A stretch of 64,000 bases of DNA, from positions 1,408,947-1,472,946 of the forward strand of contig CBDDKV010000002.1 of the NCBI GenBank assembly GCA_965230395.1, read 5' to 3'. The stretch's first letter is position 1; each line of letters begins with the position of its first letter. The position numbers and the translations under genes are program-made. Below, piece after piece: positions 38,701-47,206 of this stretch. This DNA comes from Bacteroidales bacterium. GTDB taxonomy: Bacteria; Bacteroidota; Bacteroidia; Bacteroidales; UBA10428. Below the pieces are notes generated by a model. That model saw nothing but the letters and a program-made list of their open reading frames with translations. It searched no databases and was not told the DNA's origin.

Positions 38701-38879
38701 TTTTGTGTTGTTATGGCCTGGCCTGCGTCTTCACCAACAAGCGTATTGTAGCTTCCTGTTGTTATGCTTTTCCCGGCATTATTTCCAGCCCGGTAAACTC
38801 CTGTTTGGGCATTAACAGAAATGTTTGCCCCCAAAAATAAAAAGCAGGTTAATATTAAGGTAAGTAATGGTTTGTTCAT
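35745..38879 (-). CDS. secreted fibre/adhesin-like protein with head repeats, 4 x 96-aa tandem repeats and T9SS sorting domain (1044 aa)
   Basis: Signal peptide. The N-terminal third consists of short N.xxG..AG repeats (NTLVGEDAGQ, NTFFGYGAGF, NVFIGTNAGL, NTFIGSEAGL, NTFVGEEAGK, NTYIGENAGK) reminiscent of YadA-head or tail-fibre repeats. Four near-identical 96-aa units follow, then the coiled coil DNQDEKIEALEADVALLK. CTD LYQNIPNPANGSTRINYYLP...GSYFYTLLANGQKVGTEKMIILK. Confidence 0.9.
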   Translation of the reverse strand: MNKPLLTLILTCFLFLGANISVNAQTGVYRAGNNAGKSITTGSYNTLVGEDAGQAITTQKNNTFFGYGAGFLNATDDNTFIGYMSGYNNTTGYNNVFIGTNAGLSNSQSHDNTFIGSEAGLNNTTGNDNTFVGEEAGKNVTTGVHNTYIGENAGKGARSGVSTGSHNTFVGQAAGYSINSGSKNTAIGREAGWDLEDGYKNTFLGDSAGTDVGSGHHNTLLGQAAGAATEHANYNTFVGSYAGFDNNRYSNTYDANYNTYLGYRTGYTNRKGQFNVMLGALTDFSQTSYDGPGNNYNIGIGYDAVISGERDYAGVIGANAVVAANNSFVIGGTTNETRMSVGIGTSTPNQNASLDLAETNKGFLISRMTTEQRATFKASLGTNDEGMLVFDTDEDLLYAWNGTAWSKSGTDSQSLSLSDNVLSIENGNSVNLEAYLDNTDNQELFLENNMLGISEGLNPINLERYLDNTDTQKIALNGTQLSIDNGNSVDLSAIQDGYEANTDEQTLALNGTNLSISGGNAIDVSSLKDGYEPNTDSQELNLDLNTLSISGGTTKVDLEKYLDNTDAQNLSLSGTSLSIDNGNSVNLSAIQDGYEANTDEQTLALNGTNLSISGGNAIDVSSLKDGYEPNTDSQELNLDLNTLSISGGTTKVDLEKYLDNTDAQKLSLSGTSLSIDNGNSIDLSAIQDGYEANTDEQTLALNGTNLSISGGNAIDVSSLKDGYEPNTDSQELNLDLNTLSISGGTTKVDLEKYLDNTDAQNLSLSGTQLSIDNGNSIDLSAIQDGYEANTDEQTLALNGTNLSISGGNAIDVSSLKDGYEPNTDSQELNLDLNTLSISGGTTKVDLEKYLDNTDAQKLTLSGTSLSIENGNTVDLSSIADGSGTDNQNLTAANLSGTTLTIEIENGSSVSVDLTSLLEGIYSRLDNQDEKIEALEADVALLKTYIDDSPSMITPSVFSSAKLYQNIPNPANGSTRINYYLPEEVKNAKMLIYDTNGKLHKGIHIYDRGMAFVEVAEAVLPPGSYFYTLLANGQKVGTEKMIILK
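36290..37440 (-). repeat. in-frame tandem repeat, 288 bp x 4 near-identical copies, inside 35745..38879
   Basis: Plus-strand shadow ORFs recur at 36322, 36610, 36898 and 37186 (period 288) with nearly identical translations. The coding-strand unit is LSAIQDGYEANTDEQTLALNGTNLSISGGNAIDVSSLKDGYEPNTDSQELNLDLNTLSISGGTTKVDLEKYLDNTDAQ.LSLSGT.LSIDNGNS. Borders are approximate. Confidence 0.9.
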
Positions 38880-38922
38880 GATATGATGGTATTAAAATTT
38901 TAAATGTTCGTTTTAAACGGCA

Positions 38923-39013
38923 CAAAATAAGTGGCTGTTCAGAAAATAAAGAAGAAAAACGGGTTAACGAAAAGTAACATGCATACAAAAACAGGTTAGC
39001 AAAAGGTTAACAG
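38923..39013 (-). promoter_or_regulatory. operator-promoter cassette P4
   Basis: Gene-oriented reading: CTGTTAACCTTTTGCTAACCTGTTT ... CATGTTACTTTTCGTTAACCCGTT, then 27 nt, then TTATTTTG. It lies upstream of the ATG at 38879. Confidence 0.65.
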
Positions 39014-39182
39014 AATGCCTTGTAATTTTCAAAAGACTAACTTGTTTAGTATATAAGTTGTGTTTGTTGGCGGATTTCCTATCTGGAAAAATCAGATGAT
39101 GTAGCTTTTCCAAACCAACTTATTTTACCCTTATAAAATCTCTTCTTGTAATTTTGTTGATTCCGGATGATAATGGTAAAGG

Positions 39183-39308
39183 CTATTTGACACAAAACAA
39201 TTTCTTGAAATCATCATTTAAAGGATATTTTTCAAATTCTTCTCCATGAAACCACATTAGTTTTTTTAGGATATATTCTTTTGAATACTCTTCTTTTTTC
39301 ATTTTCAT
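39183..39308 (-). CDS. candidate 41-aa mini-ORF downstream of cassette P5 (weak)
   Basis: ATG at 39308, TAG at 39183-39185: MKMKKEEYSKEYILKKLMWFHGEEFEKYPLNDDFKKLFCVK. It starts about 55 nt after the -7-like box of P5. It falls below the 60-aa cutoff of the ORF track. Confidence 0.3.
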   Translation of the reverse strand: MKMKKEEYSKEYILKKLMWFHGEEFEKYPLNDDFKKLFCVK

Positions 39309-39363
39309 TGTTAGTAGTTTTTATTATTTCTTTATTATCTCATTCGTTATAATTTTTCTGGTG

Positions 39364-39455
39364 CAAAGAAAGTCAGTGCATGATAAAATATCGAATAAAG
39401 CAGGTTAGCAAAAAGTAACAAATTAAATAACAGGGGTTAGCAGAAGGTTAACAAG
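39364..39455 (-). promoter_or_regulatory. operator-promoter cassette P5
   Basis: Gene-oriented reading: CTTGTTAACCTTCTGCTAACCCCTGTTA ... TTGTTACTTTTTGCTAACCTGCTT, then 27 nt, then TTTCTTTG. Confidence 0.6.
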
Positions 39456-39688
39456 ATTATAAGGTGGCGTTTTTTTATGGCTTACGAATTTTAAGGACAC
39501 TACCCATTTTAACCGGGAAAGAGGTAGGGGTAATCTCTGATTGCCACTTTCAGAAAAAAAGTTTTATTCGCAACGGTTGATAGATACAATGAAAGTCGTT
39601 AAAAGTCAATTCGAAAAAGAACCGTAAAAGTTTGTTGTTTTAATTGATTATAAATCAGTATAATTGTTTAAAATCTATAAAAAGATAT

Positions 39689-40525
39689 ATGACCACAAAA
39701 AAACGGATATTGATTGTAGACGATCAGATAAGTTTTCTGGAAGCCATCGTTGAAATATTTGAACGCAATAATCAGGAATATGAGATATTCAGGACTACAA
39801 ACTCGGAAACAGCCATTGAGATAGCCAGGGAAGAAGTTCCGGATCTCATTATAACAGATTGGGAAATGCCCGTCTTGTCGGGTATTGAGATGATAAAGAG
39901 ATTAAAGGCAGACAGCAAAACGGCAGATATCCCTATTGTAATGTGTACCGGGGTAATGACCGGTCCGGATAATTTAAAAATAGCTTTGGAAGCCGGGGCC
40001 ATTGATTACATAAGCAAACCCATCGACGAGACTGAGCTTATTGCACGAACACAGTCAATTTTGAAAATAGCCGAATATCAAAAGCAGCTTCTGGAACAAA
40101 AGAACAGGGAGTTGGCAGAGAACTCAATGTACCTGGTGCAGAACAACGAGTTTTTAATCAAAATGATAGAGAAGCTTGAATTTGTCTCAAAAAATGTGGA
40201 TCATAAAAATGAAGTGCAGGGCTCCATTGGTGATTTGTTGAGCTCAATAGAGTCAAAAGTAAAGGAAGATTCATGGAACCGGTTTGATGTTTATTTTCAA
40301 AGGGTACATCATGGTTTCCAAAAAAACTTAACATCCAAGTTTCCATCACTTTCACCGTCTGAATTAAAGCTGTGCACATTTCTGCGCTTAGGGATGAATT
40401 CTAAGGATATTGCATCCGTTAATTTTCAGACAGTCGAAAGTGTCAAGGTTGGCCGTTCCCGTTTACGTAAAAAGTTTAACCTCGATAAGGATACTAATCT
40501 TGTGACCTTTCTATCGTCGTTTTAG
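39689..40525 (+). CDS. response regulator, receiver + LuxR/GerE-type HTH
   Basis: The probable start is the ATG at 39689 (MTTKKRILIVDDQ); the listed 39644 start is TTG. Receiver: DLIITDWEMPVLSG...CTG...SKP. C-terminal HTH: LSPSELKLCTFLRLGMNSKDIASVNFQTVESVKVGRSRLRKKFNL. Confidence 0.9.
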   Translation: MTTKKRILIVDDQISFLEAIVEIFERNNQEYEIFRTTNSETAIEIAREEVPDLIITDWEMPVLSGIEMIKRLKADSKTADIPIVMCTGVMTGPDNLKIALEAGAIDYISKPIDETELIARTQSILKIAEYQKQLLEQKNRELAENSMYLVQNNEFLIKMIEKLEFVSKNVDHKNEVQGSIGDLLSSIESKVKEDSWNRFDVYFQRVHHGFQKNLTSKFPSLSPSELKLCTFLRLGMNSKDIASVNFQTVESVKVGRSRLRKKFNLDKDTNLVTFLSSF

Positions 40526-40540
40526 TTTCGGTTAATTTTT

Positions 40541-40599
40541 CATGTTACCTTTTGTTAACCTTTTTTTAGAAATACGGGGCGAGAAACTGTGTATATTTG
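40541..40599 (+). promoter_or_regulatory. operator-promoter cassette P6 (proximal box only, plus-strand orientation)
   Basis: CATGTTACCTTTTGTTAACCTTTT, then 27 nt, then TATATTTG (exact TAnnTTTG) at 40592-40599. A degenerate distal box may overlap the end of the regulator gene. Confidence 0.55.
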
Positions 40600-41174
40600 A
40601 AAAAAACAATTAACCAGTAAAAGTGGAAAACATAAGCGAACGGCTAGAAAAATTAAAGGAAGAAATTAGAGAGCAATCGGAAGTACTCAGGAAAATTGTA
40701 GGAAAAGTAACCATCGTTAAAACAGAGGGAAATAAAGAAGAGGAATTAGAGGAATAATTGGAGAGACAGGTATAGGGGGTGAAGGTTTTTTCGTTATTGT
40801 AAAAGACAAGGGGGTAAAAGAAATATTTCTTATTAACTGAAATTCATGGACCGGACCGGAACCGGGAAGTTTATATTCTATTCATACATACTGCCTGAAG
40901 GCACAGCATTTATTACATCTTTAAACGCCAGGGAAAAGTTCTGTGTTTTTCGTACGAATAGATTCTAACAATATTCTCAATACTAAAAATTATTCTTATC
41001 TTGTATAGTTGAGAAGTTGTCAACTCTTAGGTTAGCGCAAAATCTAACCAATGAGCGTGATGAAATTTCACCCGTTCGGTTCTGTCAGGTACTGAATCGA
41101 ATTTGTTAGTGAAGGGGAACAAAGTAAGTTAAAGGAACAAGTGTTTGGATAACAGTAGAAGAGGGGGTAGGTTG

Positions 41175-44100
41175 ATGAAAGTAAAATATCTGTATATGAG
41201 GAAAATAAAGGTGTCAGTTTTGTTTTCATTTGTTTTTGCAGTGCTTTTTTCAAATGAAAGCAACCGTATTAAATTTGATCACATATCAATTGACGATGGG
41301 TTATCGCAAAGTGTTGTGGAAGTTATTTTTCAGGATAGCAGGGGATTAATGTGGTTTGGTACTTACGATGGCCTGAATAAATATGATGGAAAGAGCTTTA
41401 CGGTTTACAGAAAGGTCAGGGGGGACAAAAATAGTTTGCAGTCGAGCCGGATATTTTCAATAAATGAAGACAAGCACGGAATAATATGGATTGGTACCGA
41501 TGAAGGGCTCAGTTGGTATTACCCGGGACAAAACAAAATTGTCAGGGTACCCGAAGGGCAGGGTTTCCCGGGGGGCAAGGTTAACGATATAGAAATTGAC
41601 ACAGACAATTCAATTTGGCTAGGGACATCAAATGGACTGGTCCATTATCTGCCGGACGAGAAAAAGTTTAAAACGTATCAGGGTTTTGGGGTGGCAGAAA
41701 AATCAAATTTTAGAAACACCGTATTTGACATAGAAATAACAACAAATAATAAAATTTATTTTTCTGTTGATATAGAAGGTATATACGAGTTTAAGCGAAA
41801 AAAGGAAACATTTGAGCGTCATGAATATAAGCAGGACTATTTCGGCACAAATTACAAAAAGAATATAACTGAAGGCTTCAATCACCTTCTTTACATAGGT
41901 TCAGAGGGGGCAAAAGTTCATGTATACGATCCGATAAGTAAAGAAAGCCGCTTGCTGAATGGAATAAATGCTTTGACCGTAAAAACCAATGTCCTGCCAA
42001 TTGATGAAAATGAAGTATGGGTTGGGACAGATGGTGGTGGAATCAATGTCTACGATCCAATAACCGGCCAATACAAATACATGGTGAGCGATTCAAGATA
42101 CGCAGGCTCTTTAAAAGGAAATGCAGTGTTCGATATGTTTAAGGATAAAGATGGAAATATATGGGTTGGACATTATGGCGTTGGTATTAGTGTTTGGCGA
42201 AGGTATAAAGAGAAGTTCAGGTCATACACACACAACCCCTTTAATTCGGAATCAATTAATAAAGAGGTGGTAACAGCCGTATTTGAAGACAGTAAAGGCC
42301 GTTTGTGGATAGGGCAGGATGGTGGAGGTTTATCCTTGCTGGATGAAAATACAGGTAAATTCCGGCATTTCCGGCGCCAGGATAGTGTTAAAGGTTCTTT
42401 AGTAACCGATGTAATTTACAGTATTGGGGAAGCCCCGGACGGGAACCTCCTTCTGGGGACCTATTTGGGAGGATTAATGGTTTTTGATCCTCAAAAAATG
42501 GAGGTTGTAAAAACCTATACAACAGAAGACGGACTGGCCTCAAATCTGGTATGGGATATCTTCGTGGATAGCAGGGGAAGGTATTGGCTTGCCTGCCTGG
42601 GTGGGGGAGTGGATATATTTGATCCTCAAACCGGGGAATTTACGAATTATAACGATCAGAACTCAGACCCTAAGATTTGTTCAAATATTATAATGCATAT
42701 TGCAGAAGACAAGAAAGGGAATATCTGGCTGGCCTCTGAACCTTCTGGTATCAGCATTTTAAATACAGAAAATGGAACGGTGAAAAATTATAGTTCAGCC
42801 CCTGAAAACCTAAACTCATTGTCTTCAAATAATGTGAAATGTTTCAAATTTCAGGATAATTATGCCTGGATAGCAACAATAGGAGGTGGGCTTAACCGGC
42901 TTGACCTGAAAACGGATTCGTTTAAAGTTTATACAACAGAAAACAACTTCTCGTCAAATGCAATAATGGGGTTGCTAATGGATGGTTCAGAAAATTTGTG
43001 GGTAAGTTCAACCAGAGGGCTAATGAAGTTTGATCCGGCAGAAGAACGAGTAATTGCATATGATAAAACACAAGGGATACAGGGGAATGAATTTAAATAT
43101 AACTCACAAACAATAAGAAAAAACGGGGATATGGTATTTGGAGGGGGAAATGGAATTACCATCTTTAACCCTGATAAGATTAAGGGGAACCCTGTAGTTC
43201 CTAAAGTGGTGTTTACAGACTTTAAAATATATAATAAATCGGTAGAGATTGATGGGGAGGAAGAGCTACTAACGCAACACATTAACAACACCGGTTATAT
43301 AAAACTAAAACATAAACACAAGGTTTTTTCTTTTGAATTTGCATCACTGGATTATACATCACCGTCAAAAAATCAGTATAAATACCGTTTAAAGGGGTAC
43401 GATGACGACTGGATAAACTCGGGGAATATAAATTTTGCGTCCTATACAAATGTTCGGGCAGGGCACTATGTGTTTCAACTGATGGGCAGCAACAGCGATG
43501 GAGAGTGGAACCCGGAAATCCGGGAGATAAGAGTCCGTATGCAACCTCCTTTTTATCAAACAAAGCTCTTTATGGGTAGCGTATTATTGTTTGTTGTGTT
43601 CCTGATTATCCGGACAATAAAACAAAGAGAAAGGAAAATAAAGCAGGATAAAATGCTCCTGAAAGAAAAAATAGATGAAGGGAAACGTGAATTGAAAAAA
43701 CACCTTAAGGAAATTGAGGAACAAAAAGAGGAGATGCTCCTTAGAGACGAACAGGAAAAGGAGTTGAGGTTTTTCAATAAAGGTATGGCTCAGTTTAGTG
43801 ATGTGATAGCAAAAAGCCGGTCAGACATTAAAGAGCTTTCCGGGAATGTTATATCCAATTTGGTTACGTACATTGGGGCAAATGCCGGGGCGATTTATAT
43901 TGCTGAGAATATTGGTGAAGATAAAGTGGTGTTGAGGAGAGAAGTAACATTTTGTTACGGGGCAAATGAGGATGAGACTGTAATAGAACCGGGAGAAGGT
44001 TACGTGGGGACCTGTTATGCCACCAGGAAAAATATCAGTATAGATAATATGCCCGAAGGTAAAGTTGTTTTGTGCTCAGGACTGGGGCAAATTTCTATTA

Positions 44101-44462
44101 GAAACATTGTCTTTATTCCGGTTATGCACGATGAGGAGTGTTTGGGGGTATTGGAAATGGCTAGTCTTAATAGCTTGATGGTATATAAAATATCTTTTGT
44201 TGAAAAAATAGGGGAAACACTGGGCTCTGTTTTTGCAGTTGAAAAAGCTAATGAGGCTGTAAAAGAAATGCTTGAGAATAACCGTTCCCAGGCGAAGGAA
44301 TTGCAAGCTCAGGAAGTGGAGTTCCGGAACAACCTGGAGGAAATGAAGGCTACTCAGGAGGATTTGAACCGTCAGATTGAATCGGTTGATAGTTTGAAAG
44401 ATGAATTAAGGACGGCCAGGCAAAAAATAAGTGAGCTGGAATCGGCAAAAAAAAGAAAATGA
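41175..44462 (+). CDS. periplasmic two-component-regulator-propeller + Y_Y_Y sensor, TM, coiled coil, cytoplasmic GAF domain; no kinase or output domain
   Basis: ATG at 41175 (MKVKYLYMRKIKVSVLFSFVFAVLF); the listed 41145 start is TTG. Many Reg_prop-type repeats (D..G..W.GT..GL..YD). Y_Y_Y region: YKYRLKGYDDDWINSGNINFASYTNVRAGHYVFQLMGSNSDGEW. TM: LFMGSVLLFVVFLII. The order after the TM is coiled coil, GAF-like (GAIYIAEN...GEGYVGTCY...IPVMHDEECLGVLEMAS), coiled coil. No H-box or ATPase boxes. Confidence 0.85.
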   Translation: MKVKYLYMRKIKVSVLFSFVFAVLFSNESNRIKFDHISIDDGLSQSVVEVIFQDSRGLMWFGTYDGLNKYDGKSFTVYRKVRGDKNSLQSSRIFSINEDKHGIIWIGTDEGLSWYYPGQNKIVRVPEGQGFPGGKVNDIEIDTDNSIWLGTSNGLVHYLPDEKKFKTYQGFGVAEKSNFRNTVFDIEITTNNKIYFSVDIEGIYEFKRKKETFERHEYKQDYFGTNYKKNITEGFNHLLYIGSEGAKVHVYDPISKESRLLNGINALTVKTNVLPIDENEVWVGTDGGGINVYDPITGQYKYMVSDSRYAGSLKGNAVFDMFKDKDGNIWVGHYGVGISVWRRYKEKFRSYTHNPFNSESINKEVVTAVFEDSKGRLWIGQDGGGLSLLDENTGKFRHFRRQDSVKGSLVTDVIYSIGEAPDGNLLLGTYLGGLMVFDPQKMEVVKTYTTEDGLASNLVWDIFVDSRGRYWLACLGGGVDIFDPQTGEFTNYNDQNSDPKICSNIIMHIAEDKKGNIWLASEPSGISILNTENGTVKNYSSAPENLNSLSSNNVKCFKFQDNYAWIATIGGGLNRLDLKTDSFKVYTTENNFSSNAIMGLLMDGSENLWVSSTRGLMKFDPAEERVIAYDKTQGIQGNEFKYNSQTIRKNGDMVFGGGNGITIFNPDKIKGNPVVPKVVFTDFKIYNKSVEIDGEEELLTQHINNTGYIKLKHKHKVFSFEFASLDYTSPSKNQYKYRLKGYDDDWINSGNINFASYTNVRAGHYVFQLMGSNSDGEWNPEIREIRVRMQPPFYQTKLFMGSVLLFVVFLIIRTIKQRERKIKQDKMLLKEKIDEGKRELKKHLKEIEEQKEEMLLRDEQEKELRFFNKGMAQFSDVIAKSRSDIKELSGNVISNLVTYIGANAGAIYIAENIGEDKVVLRREVTFCYGANEDETVIEPGEGYVGTCYATRKNISIDNMPEGKVVLCSGLGQISIRNIVFIPVMHDEECLGVLEMASLNSLMVYKISFVEKIGETLGSVFAVEKANEAVKEMLENNRSQAKELQAQEVEFRNNLEEMKATQEDLNRQIESVDSLKDELRTARQKISELESAKKRK

Positions 44463-44906
44463 AAAGATTACAGCTTGTTTATTTTTGATCGAAAGGCAAA
44501 TTTCTTAACTTTAATAAAGGATCTGGTGAAACCCGGATGGACAAGCATTAAACCAATAAAACAGATTGCAGACTGTATAAATAAAGTTTCTAATGTTAGA
44601 AAATCGAATTCTGAAAGTAAAGTTATTAGGGAGGTTCGAGATGTTGTTTTCCTGCCTCCGGGAATGAAAAAAACAGAATAAACTTTTTTAATGCCCTGGT
44701 TGCTGTTTCCCGGGGGAAACTCATGAGTTGAAGAAGAATTGGATCTACCTGTGAATTCTAAGAGTGAGGTAAAAGAAGGTGCCTTGGAATCGCAATAAGA
44801 ACAAGGTGGCTGCTCAAAAAAGTAAGCCCCGAGGTAAAACTCACTAAGTTCTTAAATCTGCCCCATTTTAGCGGCTGTTTACTTGTTAACTTAAGTTCTT
44901 TATGCT

Positions 44907-45557
44907 ATGCAGGTTCAGACACTTATTCCACATGTAAATAATCAAAGAATTTTATCCATTATTGAAGAAATTACTTTGGAAGAAAACGTGAAAGCGTTGA
45001 AACCTTCAATTCGTCTTATTAGCGAATATGAACAAGGGACAAAGCTTTTTATCATCAAATCGGGTATAGTGAAAATAGGAATAACCGATAAAGAAAAAAA
45101 CTTACTGCTTGATTTTGCCGTAGTTGGAGATGTGGTTGGTTTTTCTTTGTTAAATAATAGTGAGGCCTCTTTCTTTGCCGAAACACTTACCGAGACAGAA
45201 TTGTTTGTTTGGGAATTAGCAAAAGTAACTGAACTCCTTGATCTGTTCCCGGTTTTCAAGACAGAAATTCTCTCGTTTAATACCTCGTATATCCGGAACC
45301 TTACGAACCGTATCAGATCGCTGGCTTTTATGAACTCAAAACAGCGGGTTTATGACTGGGTAACTACATATTTGAGCACGGATAAATACGTAATGAATGA
45401 TATTTGGGAGAAAATTTCATTTACAGACATGGCCCGTTATTGTATGGTTAGTGAGGAAGAATTTAAAAAACAATTCAATCTGCTGGTATTAAACGGAAAA
45501 TTAAAGCTATTTAATGATAAGCCTGTTGAATTTGAAGATAACCCAAAGGTGTGTTGA
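44907..45557 (+). CDS. Crp/Fnr-family transcriptional regulator
   Basis: 216 aa. cNMP-binding-like beta-roll (LFIIKSGIVKIGITDKEKNLLLDFAVVGDVVGFSLL) followed by a C-terminal HTH region (FTDMARYCMVSEEEFKKQFNLL). Confidence 0.7.
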   Translation: MQVQTLIPHVNNQRILSIIEEITLEENVKALKPSIRLISEYEQGTKLFIIKSGIVKIGITDKEKNLLLDFAVVGDVVGFSLLNNSEASFFAETLTETELFVWELAKVTELLDLFPVFKTEILSFNTSYIRNLTNRIRSLAFMNSKQRVYDWVTTYLSTDKYVMNDIWEKISFTDMARYCMVSEEEFKKQFNLLVLNGKLKLFNDKPVEFEDNPKVC

Positions 45558-45605
45558 GCGTTCTTTTATTTGAAGTTATTTTATTGTTACAGAATAACAA
45601 AAAGT

Positions 45606-46088
45606 TTATTTTTCAGCTTCAAGAATAGGAAGTTGCCTGTCAACAAGAACTTCAAGGGAAATAAACGTCTCAGTTCTCATAATACCCGGAATAGCCTGAA
45701 CTTTATCGGCCAGAACTTTTCGAAGGTGTTCATTATCTTTTGTGTAAACTTTTAAGAACATTGAATATTGTCCTGTGGTATAGTGACACTGAATAATTTC
45801 AGGAATTTGCATAAGGCGGTTGGACACATCCGTAAACATTGCAGCATTATCCAGAAATATACCAATATAAGCACAGGTATAGTATCCCAGTTTTTTCGGT
45901 TCAATATTAAATTGAGAGCCAGAAATGATTCCCAGCTTGGTTAGCCTTTGCACCCGCTGGTGGATAGCGGCCCCCGAAACGTTACATTCCCGGGCAACCT
46001 CAAGAAAAGGGATACGTGCATTTTTTGTCAGAATAGATAAAATTTTCTTATCTAAATCGTCTACCTGGTAATTACTGTCATTTTTCAT
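45606..46088 (-). CDS. Lrp/AsnC-family transcriptional regulator
   Basis: DLDKKILSILTKNARIPFLEVARECNVSGAAIHQRVQRLTKLGII (AsnC-type HTH) plus a C-terminal RAM/ACT-like half. 160 aa. Confidence 0.88.
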   Translation of the reverse strand: MKNDSNYQVDDLDKKILSILTKNARIPFLEVARECNVSGAAIHQRVQRLTKLGIISGSQFNIEPKKLGYYTCAYIGIFLDNAAMFTDVSNRLMQIPEIIQCHYTTGQYSMFLKVYTKDNEHLRKVLADKVQAIPGIMRTETFISLEVLVDRQLPILEAEK

Positions 46089-47206
46089 AGCTGTGTTCCA
46101 ATCACTAAATTATAAGACTGATATTACAATCTGAAAGCAAACTTACAAATAATTTGTTGATTAATTAGAATTATTTTGCTGAATTATACCCTCTTGAAAG
46201 GAAAATTAAATTATTTCGGAAAAATTATTGTAATTGCAGTAAAAATGGTTAATTTAATCGTTTGTTTTTCAGTGGAGGCACCTTTGTCCGGAAGGTATAT
46301 AATGTTGCGGTCGGTCTTTGTTGAAATTTTAGTATTGCATTGGCTTTTAATTTCTTCAGGGAAGTTTTAATAGAGCTGTTCACTATGGGGCAGGCAAGTA
46401 ATCTTGAAGATAAAGGCTATTGTTTAAGCAATATCAGGAATTCATATCATTTTTTCTCAATAACAGATTTTCTCTGAAGGTACATGATTGTGTGCGGGGC
46501 GCAGAATAGCTGATGTGTTTAACCATAATGGTTGTTGTTGTCCCGATTTTTTTATTTCATGTATTCTTATTGAAATATAAACTAAAAAATTATAAAAATT
46601 TGTTGAACATAAGAACAAGCTGGCTGGATCGTGGAATTGTTGAAAGATATTTTCAAGGTAATTTATTGGCAGAGCCGTGCTTATAATATAACGGTTATAT
46701 TGTTTTTTTTGGAAGGCGCCTGGGGTAATAATGTTTTAAATGGAGTTGAAAAGAAAGTGACAATTCCAATAAAAGATTAGGCTGACAGATCAGTAGAAAT
46801 TTTTGGGATAGGGGCAGGGCAGTCAAGGTTCTGTCGGGAGTCAGGTCTGAAATGTGATAACGGGGTGTAAGAAAAACAGAGCGGAACGGGGTTAAAATAA
46901 GTGAAATATGTTAAAAAGGCTTTCTTTCTTTGTTTCTAATGGGGGCACCTAAATCATGAGCAGAGGACCTCCGGTTTTTCCCGATAGAGTTCAACGGGAG
47001 TAATACTGTTTTATAGTAAATGGGGTAATAAACAGGTCTTCCTCTTTTGAGGTGAATTGATAGTAAATTAAGAATATTTTTAACAAGGGTGGTTTTTATG
47101 GGGGTGTTGAGCGGGAAAAACATGTTTTGTGCAAACAGGGTGTTTGCTGTTTTGGGGTAATGGGTTACAAAAATTGATATTAATTTTAATAAACCCTATA
47201 AATTAT

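Noticed and set aside
39399-40561. Inverted GTTAAC-type boxes flanking the regulator gene as the ends of an invertible DNA segment
   Set aside because: Each box has its own -7-like element at the same 27-nt spacing, pointing outward to different targets. No recombinase gene is nearby. Divergent promoters explain the arrangement more simply.
44475-44681. 68-aa ORF after the propeller-GAF sensor gene
   Set aside because: It has a TTG start and no motif. It lies in the spacer before the Crp/Fnr gene, so there is insufficient support.
46911-47123. 70-aa minus-strand ORF upstream of amtB
   Set aside because: It has no start context or motif and lies in a G-rich non-coding-looking stretch.
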